A stretch of DNA of 64,000 nt, taken from Euryarchaeota archaeon UBA58. Its GTDB lineage: Archaea; Thermoplasmatota; Poseidoniia; Poseidoniales; Thalassarchaeaceae. Below are positions 54,696 to 61,539 of the stretch, piece by piece. Under the pieces are notes generated by a model. The model had not been told where the DNA came from. It searched no databases and saw only the letters and a program-made list of their open reading frames with translations. The DNA lies in NCBI GenBank assembly GCA_002498525.1, contig DAHR01000019.1:39404-103403 (forward strand), in the 5' to 3' direction. Every line of letters starts with the position of its first letter. Positions within the stretch are counted from its first letter, which is position 1. The position numbers and the translations under genes are program-made.

Positions 54696-55457
54696 ATGAG
54701 AATCGCGGTTCTCGCCTCCGCAGGCAAGGATTCCACCTACGCCGCATGGTGGGCGCATATGCAGGGTTGGGAGGTCTGCGCCCTCGTCACCGTCTGGGTC
54801 ACAGGGAAAGATTCGATGATGTTCCAGTTACCAGAAACGCCGCTGGCTGGCCTTCAGGCAGCCGCATCTGGCGTCGCTTGGCTGCCTGTCATCTCCGATG
54901 GTTGTGAAGACAATGAAATCGATGATCTCGAAGCCGCGCTCGCTGGTCGCAGCGACCCGCAGGTCGCGTATGACGTGATTCGCGCGCAAAATCCACATAT
55001 CGAATTCCCCGACACCCTCGAATTGCTTGATCCACCTCTCCAAATCGACGCATTGGTCGTCGGCGCTATTCGTTCCGACTACCAGAAGACACGCATCGAG
55101 CGCCTCTGTGAGCGCCTCGGAATCATCTCATATTGTCCTCTCTGGCATCACTCATCAGACGAACACATGACCTCACTCATCGAACACGGCTTCGATGTCC
55201 GAATCGTCTCTGTATCCGCCGACGGACTCGACTCGCAATGGCTGGGCATCTCCCTGAACGAGGATCGGCTCACTGCGCTCCGTGAGGCAGCCGAAAGCCA
55301 CCGCTTCAACCTCGATGGCGAAGGCGGCGAATTCGAAACGATAGTCCTCGCCGCCCCGCACCTGTCCAGGCGCATCGTTACCGAGGGGGAGACACATTGG
55401 CGAGGCAGCAGAGGCACTTGGAAACTGACTTCAGCACGCTTGGAATCACTCCGCTAG
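54696..55457 (+). CDS. diphthine-ammonia ligase (Dph6 / MJ0570-type PP-loop ATPase)
   Basis: 'MRIAVLASAGKDSTYAAWWA', 'GEGGEFETIVL'. Start moved to ATG 54696. Confidence 0.75.
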   Translation: MRIAVLASAGKDSTYAAWWAHMQGWEVCALVTVWVTGKDSMMFQLPETPLAGLQAAASGVAWLPVISDGCEDNEIDDLEAALAGRSDPQVAYDVIRAQNPHIEFPDTLELLDPPLQIDALVVGAIRSDYQKTRIERLCERLGIISYCPLWHHSSDEHMTSLIEHGFDVRIVSVSADGLDSQWLGISLNEDRLTALREAAESHRFNLDGEGGEFETIVLAAPHLSRRIVTEGETHWRGSRGTWKLTSARLESLR

Positions 55458-55499
55458 CCTCAAACGGGGCAGCAAAGTCGGCGAGACACGGGGAACACA

Positions 55500-56846
55500 G
55501 TGTCGGTATCACCACTCGACTATCGATACGGTCGCGAAGAGGCCAAAGAGATCTGGTCTCGAGAGGGCCGACACACTCGTCAACTAGATGTCGAGCGAGC
55601 GCTTGTATGGGCTCATTGCCAGCTCGGGCGCGTCAGCGCCGAGCACTATGATACCATTGCCGATATCGCCGACCCTGGCATCGTTACCGCCGATCGGGTC
55701 GACGAGATCGAAGCCGAGACCCGCCACGACATCATGGCTCTGACCAAGGCGATGGCCGAGCAGGCTGGTGAGGCAGCTTGGTGCATTCACTTGGGCGCCA
55801 CCAGCAACGACATAGTTGATTCTGCTGTAGCGCTGCAGATACGGGACAGCATTCGTCTGCAATACGAGATGCTGAAACAATTGCTTGGAACATTATGCGA
55901 CCTCGCCGAGCGGGAGAGAGATACGGTGATGCTCGGCCGCACCCATGGACAGGCCGCTGTGCCAATCACATTCGGGCTGAAGATGGCGGTCTTCGTCGAT
56001 GAATTCCGCCGTCACCTCGACCGCCTCACAGAAATGGAAGAGCGGGCCATCACTGGCAAATTCCTCGGCGCGGTGGGAACCGGCGCCGCACAGGGCGAGA
56101 ACGCCAGAGAATTACAGAAGCTCATACTCGACCATCTCGGCTTGACCGTGCCCGTCGCGACGACACAAGTGGTTGGCCGCGACCGTTACATCGAGTGGGT
56201 CGGTTGGATGGCCAATGTCGCTGCTTCGATTGAAAAACTCCTGCAGGAGGTCCGCAACCTGCAACGCAGCGAGATCGCCGAAGTCGGTGAGTGGTTCGAT
56301 GCCGAGAAGCAGGTTGGTTCCTCGACCATGGCCCACAAGAGGAATCCCATCACTGCAGAGAATGCCTGTGGCCTCGCCCGCATCGTTAGAGCGATGATCA
56401 TCCCATCTTACGAGAACGCCCTGCTCTGGCATGAGCGTGATCTCGCCAACTCATCGGCGGAGCGGTTCACCCTGTCTCATGCAATGATTCTGACCGACGA
56501 CATCCTCGGCAAGTGTGACCGCGTCATGGGCACGTGCGTCGTCGATGCTGCGCGCATGAAAGCCAATATCGATTCCCAGAATGGTTTGGTCATGGCCGAA
56601 AAGGTCATGCTCGCTCTCGTTGATTCAGGAATGCACCGAGATGAAGCTCATGAAGTGCTTCGCAATGCCTCGATGGCATCAATTTCAGAAAACCGGAACC
56701 TGCGCGATGTCTGCGCTGAAAATACGCAGATAAGTGTTAAATTCGATTCGGATGAATTGGACGCCCTCTTCAACCCGATGAATCATCTAGGCGTCAGTGG
56801 CGAGCTCGTCGATGAAGCGGTCGCAATCGCTCGCAATTATCTCTGA
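55500..56846 (+). CDS. purB: adenylosuccinate lyase PurB
   Basis: 'SPLDYRYG', 'GSSTMAHKRNP' signature loop. GTG start. Confidence 0.95.
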   Translation: MSVSPLDYRYGREEAKEIWSREGRHTRQLDVERALVWAHCQLGRVSAEHYDTIADIADPGIVTADRVDEIEAETRHDIMALTKAMAEQAGEAAWCIHLGATSNDIVDSAVALQIRDSIRLQYEMLKQLLGTLCDLAERERDTVMLGRTHGQAAVPITFGLKMAVFVDEFRRHLDRLTEMEERAITGKFLGAVGTGAAQGENARELQKLILDHLGLTVPVATTQVVGRDRYIEWVGWMANVAASIEKLLQEVRNLQRSEIAEVGEWFDAEKQVGSSTMAHKRNPITAENACGLARIVRAMIIPSYENALLWHERDLANSSAERFTLSHAMILTDDILGKCDRVMGTCVVDAARMKANIDSQNGLVMAEKVMLALVDSGMHRDEAHEVLRNASMASISENRNLRDVCAENTQISVKFDSDELDALFNPMNHLGVSGELVDEAVAIARNYL

Positions 56847-56853
56847 TGCAAGA

Positions 56854-57057
56854 TCAGTAGATGTACATCAGCAGAAGCAAGCAAGTGCCGGTGATAGCGG
56901 CGATGACGCCGAGGAGCATTATCATCGCATGAGGACCATATTGGTTGACATCCTCGAGCGCTGTGCGCAGAAATCCGTCCTTTGAAATCGTCGCCAACAT
57001 GTTCAATTCCGATTCTTCGAAGAATGGAGCATCACGTCGTGGTATCCTCTCAGCCAT
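56854..57057 (-). CDS. small tail-anchored membrane protein (67 aa), hypothetical
   Basis: Track ORF with C-terminal 'MIMLLGVIAAITGTCLLLLMYIY'. Confidence 0.35.
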   Translation of the reverse strand: MAERIPRRDAPFFEESELNMLATISKDGFLRTALEDVNQYGPHAMIMLLGVIAAITGTCLLLLMYIY

Positions 57058-57157
57058 GGGAACGCACAGTCGTGTGTGGCTGAGTCCTTCAGCCTATCCG
57101 CAAGAATAGGCAGCCGAACAGCAATCCTCATCCACCCTGAACTTCGGCACAAGCCCT

Positions 57158-57736
57158 GTGTTAAACCTCGATGAGGGGCCTGTCCATCTCGCCGTCGAGG
57201 CTGGGATCGGTGGCACCTCATTCTGTCTCAGTCTGGCAGCGGCTGTCTTGGAGGCGAATGGCAGAGTCGTTTGGCTGGGACGAGAGATGCCAGATGGTCA
57301 GCGAACTGCAGCCATTCTGAACTCACTGAGTGAATCACAACTCGAGAAGTTGTTCGTCATTCAGTTCGGACAAGATTTGCTCACCCGCGTGAGGGCTACA
57401 AAACCTCTGATTTCCCGTTTGTCGACCACGGATCTCGTAGTAATCGATGATTGGTGTGGCAGTGTGGGCCGTGCAGCAGCGGACGATACAGCAGCGATGC
57501 GCCAGATCATCGCAGCCGCCAAGGATTGCCGACTGATTTTCACATCCAAAGCCTACGAGAGTCCCACAGGGATCGGTGAGCCGTGGCGAGCGAGAGGTGG
57601 AGCAGAATTCTGTGGAGGCAAAATTAACTTAGTATGGTTGTTTCAATCAAAGCGTTTGGGCAATAGACGCGAACTCAGAATAGGCGACCAGTGTACCGAA
57701 CTGGTTCTCACCGAGAAGGGCTTCTTTCCTGCTTGA
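57158..57736 (+). CDS. small RecA/RadB/KaiC-fold protein with degenerate Walker A
   Basis: Its layout parallels RadB. The P-loop position reads 'VEAGIGGTSFCLSLAAA' (Gly where the Walker Lys is expected). Walker-B-like 'DLVVIDDW'. C-terminal 'RRELRIG...LVLTEKGF'. GTG start. Confidence 0.45.
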   Translation: MLNLDEGPVHLAVEAGIGGTSFCLSLAAAVLEANGRVVWLGREMPDGQRTAAILNSLSESQLEKLFVIQFGQDLLTRVRATKPLISRLSTTDLVVIDDWCGSVGRAAADDTAAMRQIIAAAKDCRLIFTSKAYESPTGIGEPWRARGGAEFCGGKINLVWLFQSKRLGNRRELRIGDQCTELVLTEKGFFPA

Positions 57737-57964
57737 TCACTCGTCTGAATCGCTTCGAAGCACCAGCAATCTGTCCAATTCGGCCAACGCTTCTGCATCT
57801 GGGACCATCAGATCGGAGGGGTTCCGCGCCTCGCCAGAGTATTCGAAGGGATTCGTCGTCGAGGCTAGAAGGCGGCGCTGGCGCAACCTCAGAATGAACC
57901 AGAGCAAAGCCAGCGCCGAGAGTGAAAGTGCGGCTGTGGAGATTGATTCCCAATCGATTGCCAT
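57737..57964 (-). CDS. small membrane protein (75 aa), hypothetical
   Basis: Track ORF 17 nt downstream of tiaS. N-terminal TM 'AALSLSALALLWFILRL'. Confidence 0.35.
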   Translation of the reverse strand: MAIDWESISTAALSLSALALLWFILRLRQRRLLASTTNPFEYSGEARNPSDLMVPDAEALAELDRLLVLRSDSDE

Positions 57965-57981
57965 GCAACCCGATTGGTGTC

Positions 57982-59268
57982 TCAGTCTTGATTCTTCGCG
58001 AGTTGCGGCAGGCCTCGGTCAAGCGGCTTTGCGAGGTGACGGCGGTTCGAAGGTGTGGGTTCTACCCAGCCCTGATGATTCGATTCACCGAGTTGAAGTG
58101 CCGTCCTGACAATCCACACTTTGCTATGGGTTGCACCGCAGGTGAGGCAGCGCAATGGCTGCTCACTGCCAGCGCTACGCATGCTTCGGTCGCAGCAGGA
58201 AGGCCTTGTCGAAGTTCTTGGCACCAACTCGACCAGACGGAGGCGTTCGAGATGAATGGCGCCGTCTTGGGGTGATGGAAGCCCGACCCACTCGACCACA
58301 TCACCGATGACGAAGCTGCGGAGAAGTCGATTAACGGGGCCCGATTCAGAGAATGCGACGAGCCGGTGGATCCACTCGCCATCGTAGACCACAAGCGATG
58401 CATGACCGCCCTGGGTTTCCTCAACTGCGCTCAAGACAGTTCCAACATGAGAGCCCAACAGATGATGATCCGAGACCTGATTGGTCCTGTGAACAGCATG
58501 ATTCTCAGATCTCTCGACATCGTCACGGGATTGCAGGAATCGATGCGCTGCGTCTACAATCGCCTCCGAATCGCCTCTGATGCCATAGAGCACAGGGCAA
58601 GGTGTGCGAGGCGCGATCAACCCACGACCTGCCGTCGGATCCCGGTTGGCGAAAGTACCGGGGTGTTCCCGCTCCATCTCGACGATCGCCGCGGAAGAAA
58701 CGCGACGCTCAGTCCCAACCGCCTCGGCCTTGCGCCAAGCGATCAATTCCCAAGTGGAGTCGGAATCGGGCGACCAAGCAATAGCAGAACTGGCTCCGAC
58801 GATGCCGATCGGGGTGCTCGTCGAATGAACGGAGATGAACGAGCCATTCGCAGCAGCCAAACGATCACGCCAGTCGACGAAGCCCCGCACAGAATCCCAG
58901 TACCAATGCTCTGGCAGAGTCTGATCGGCAAGGATCAGAGTAGGTTGCGGTGAATGTTCATCGACGGGGTATGTCGATTCGATCTCGTCGAGCAGGGCGT
59001 GATGAAAATCCTCTACCGATTCGGACAATCGTCGCAGATTCTTTTCGGGCAGGCTACAGACCGCTGCCAAGGCTGCATTACCCCGCGTCCGCTTAGGAGC
59101 GAAAGGCCAGAGACGCACGAGTCGTCGCTCGATCACGGCAAAATCCTCGACTCGAGTGCTGATTCGTTCCAGCATTTGATGGAAATGGTAAGTGGTACAC
59201 CCGATTTCTGGATGGTCGGTGTCATCCATCGCAATATACACGACAAGCCGTTTCTCGGCACCGCTCAC
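57982..59268 (-). CDS. tiaS: tRNA(Ile2) 2-agmatinylcytidine synthetase TiaS
   Basis: 'YIAMDDTDHPEIGCTTY' N-terminal signature and a C-terminal zinc ribbon 'CCDRSM...CLTCG'. 4-nt overlap with gmhB. Confidence 0.8.
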   Translation of the reverse strand: MSGAEKRLVVYIAMDDTDHPEIGCTTYHFHQMLERISTRVEDFAVIERRLVRLWPFAPKRTRGNAALAAVCSLPEKNLRRLSESVEDFHHALLDEIESTYPVDEHSPQPTLILADQTLPEHWYWDSVRGFVDWRDRLAAANGSFISVHSTSTPIGIVGASSAIAWSPDSDSTWELIAWRKAEAVGTERRVSSAAIVEMEREHPGTFANRDPTAGRGLIAPRTPCPVLYGIRGDSEAIVDAAHRFLQSRDDVERSENHAVHRTNQVSDHHLLGSHVGTVLSAVEETQGGHASLVVYDGEWIHRLVAFSESGPVNRLLRSFVIGDVVEWVGLPSPQDGAIHLERLRLVELVPRTSTRPSCCDRSMRSAGSEQPLRCLTCGATHSKVWIVRTALQLGESNHQGWVEPTPSNRRHLAKPLDRGLPQLAKNQD

Positions 59269-59921
59269 GCAGCACCCTCCAGTATCTTATCGATGACTCC
59301 GGCAAGACCACTGCTTGGATCACATCGAATGGCCTTGACTCCGAATTCGAAGGCTGCGCCCATATCGACTCCCCTGTCCCCGACCATGACAGAGCCGGAT
59401 TCATCGGCTCTATCGGTCCAATCATCATCGAATCGGATGAATAGTCCGACTAAGTTCGAATCCTTCGCGGCTGCTTCAAGCAGTTGTCTGCCCGCCTCCA
59501 GCATGCCTGGATTCGGCTTGCGCGCCCAAGCGCCTTCCCAAGGAGCGTAGGGTGAATGTAGAATCAGGTCGAGGTGCGCGTCTGGGTCTCCCTCCAGAAG
59601 CAACTCGCGAAGGCGCGCGTGAATCCTTGCCAAAGTGCCAGAAGGCCAATGACCACGTCCGATTGGAGATTGGTTCGTCACCACGCAGATTCTGAAACCC
59701 GCGCGCCTCAATGCTCCCACAGCGAGGCCAGCATCTGGTAACAGAACGACTTGCTCGGGTGAATTGACATAATCCTCAGAACCGATGTTCAACACTCCAT
59801 CTCTGTCGAGATAAGCGATACGACCGTTCCACTGCGCCCCATTTGGCAGATCAGTCAGGTCGAGGCCATCGGTCAGGCCCACAGCGTCACGATGCGGCTC
59901 GAGTATCGGCTCACATCCCAT
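59265..59921 (-). CDS. gmhB: HAD-IIIA phosphatase, GmhB-like (D-glycero-D-manno-heptose 1,7-bisphosphate phosphatase candidate)
   Basis: 'AYLDRDGVLN', 'VVTNQSPIGRG', 'RKPNPGML', 'VGDRGVDMGAA'. Confidence 0.7.
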   Translation of the reverse strand: MGCEPILEPHRDAVGLTDGLDLTDLPNGAQWNGRIAYLDRDGVLNIGSEDYVNSPEQVVLLPDAGLAVGALRRAGFRICVVTNQSPIGRGHWPSGTLARIHARLRELLLEGDPDAHLDLILHSPYAPWEGAWARKPNPGMLEAGRQLLEAAAKDSNLVGLFIRFDDDWTDRADESGSVMVGDRGVDMGAAFEFGVKAIRCDPSSGLAGVIDKILEGAA

Positions 59922-60483
59922 GATTGGCCTTCACGGCCTCCTTGACGATGTGATTGATGACCAATTGCATATCTTCGATCCTCTCCATCGACTGCGTCGG
60001 CACGACAATCGCAACATCGACGAGTGAGACCAGTCGGCCTCCCGCGCCGCCCTCAAAATCGCCAGTCACAGCGGCGGTGCGACAACCCGCAGCTCGGGCG
60101 GCCTTGATGCCATTCAGCACGTTCGCCGAGTTTCCCGAGCCCGAATAAGCGATCACCAGATCACCGGGGCGGGCGAAGGTGGCGAGTTGTCCTGCGAAGA
60201 CGTTGGCATAGTCAGTATCGTTGGCCCAGGCGGTGAATGATGAGATGTTGTCCGTATGCGCGATGGTGCGAATCGACAACTCCTTCGACCAATCTCCAGC
60301 ACTGTGAGAGGGGGTTGCTGCGCTACCTCCATTTCCAATCATGTGGATGCTGCCACCGTTGCTGCGAGTTGCTTCAAGCTCCTGCCAGAGAGCGGCGATG
60401 CTGTCACGCGAGACATTGGCGAGAGTGCGGCTCAAATCACCAATGTAGGACTCAACGAATGAATCGAAGTCGAAACCCAACAC
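59911..60483 (-). CDS. gmhA: SIS-domain phosphoheptose isomerase GmhA-like
   Basis: 'IGNGGSAATPSH', 'YSGSGNSANVLNG'. GTG/TTG start. Confidence 0.75.
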   Translation of the reverse strand: MLGFDFDSFVESYIGDLSRTLANVSRDSIAALWQELEATRSNGGSIHMIGNGGSAATPSHSAGDWSKELSIRTIAHTDNISSFTAWANDTDYANVFAGQLATFARPGDLVIAYSGSGNSANVLNGIKAARAAGCRTAAVTGDFEGGAGGRLVSLVDVAIVVPTQSMERIEDMQLVINHIVKEAVKANHGM

Positions 60484-60528
60484 TCACACCTCAGTTTGGA
60501 CCGGCGAGGGCATCCTATTTACGAGTTG

Positions 60529-61533
60529 ATGATTCGAGTCGAATCAATGTCCGAACCCATCGGTGCTCTTCTAGGCGTCATTGCCGAAACGATGGGTATG
60601 AGTGGCGATGGTCTGCGATTGCTGCTCGGCAGCATAGGTATGTTGCTGCTCGCTCTGTCGTTTCACCGACATGGACAGAAGGGTTCGGTTCAGGCTGCCG
60701 CTGCGGGCTGGATACTCCTCGGACTTTTCGTCTATCTTCGCTCTGAGTATTATGTCAAGATCGACGACCCGCTACTCATTCTGATGACCGCGATGGCTCT
60801 GCCTGGCGGCATCCTCCTCGCGATGATGGAAATCAGGGATGCAAGGAACGAGGTCAGCGACGAATCACTTGTCTGGTTCCGCGGCATGGTGGCTTGGGCG
60901 ATGATTCCCTATCACCTCGTCTACAGCATACCATTCCTCAACATCGCTGTCGTCATGCTGACTGCGTCGAGTGCCGAGTGGATGCTTGAATTCGCGGGAA
61001 TGGGACAATACACGCTCGGCGAGGTGATGGTGGAACTGCATGACGGCGGTGAGGTGACGCTTTCGGCCTGGGGCGGTAATATGTGGATTCTGACAGAACC
61101 TCTTGGAGAAGGCGGCTTCTTCGTGCCGATGTACCATGCCGATGGGACCCCAGTCCACATCGCCTTCATACTGAGTTGCTCCGGCTTGCAATCGATGATC
61201 ATCTTCGTCGGTGCAATCGCCGCACTGCGCACCGTTCCCTTGAACCGACGACTGCGAGGTCTGTTCATCGCCGTACCAACGATTCTCGTCCTCAACACCT
61301 TCCGCAACGCCGGAATCGTTTGGCTCTCCCACAGTTATTCCGACTGGATCTTCATGGGTTTGAACATGTTCGATTTCGCCCACAGTTACGCGGCCAAGGC
61401 AGCCAGTCTCTTCGCCATGTTCCTGATGGCGATCGCTCTCTTCGACCTCTTGCCGGAACTTCATCGACACATCATGAGATTCATTCCGCCGTCTCCATGG
61501 CCGAAGAAGCAAAAATCCGTCAGCGAGTCCTGA
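60529..61533 (+). CDS. archaeosortase (exosortase/archaeosortase family transpeptidase)
   Basis: Polytopic membrane protein with Cys 'ILSCSGLQSMIIFVG', Arg 'LNTFRNAGIVWL' and His 'FDFAHSYAAK' in the family order. Start at ATG 60529 or 60547 (track TTG at 60496). Confidence 0.7.
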   Translation: MIRVESMSEPIGALLGVIAETMGMSGDGLRLLLGSIGMLLLALSFHRHGQKGSVQAAAAGWILLGLFVYLRSEYYVKIDDPLLILMTAMALPGGILLAMMEIRDARNEVSDESLVWFRGMVAWAMIPYHLVYSIPFLNIAVVMLTASSAEWMLEFAGMGQYTLGEVMVELHDGGEVTLSAWGGNMWILTEPLGEGGFFVPMYHADGTPVHIAFILSCSGLQSMIIFVGAIAALRTVPLNRRLRGLFIAVPTILVLNTFRNAGIVWLSHSYSDWIFMGLNMFDFAHSYAAKAASLFAMFLMAIALFDLLPELHRHIMRFIPPSPWPKKQKSVSES

Positions 61534-61539
61534 GACGGC

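Noticed and set aside
60865-61512. 215-aa ORF antisense to the archaeosortase gene
   Set aside because: The plus-strand frame has coherent TM helices and the Cys/Arg/His family signature. The antisense frame is His/Glu/Arg-rich with no motif.
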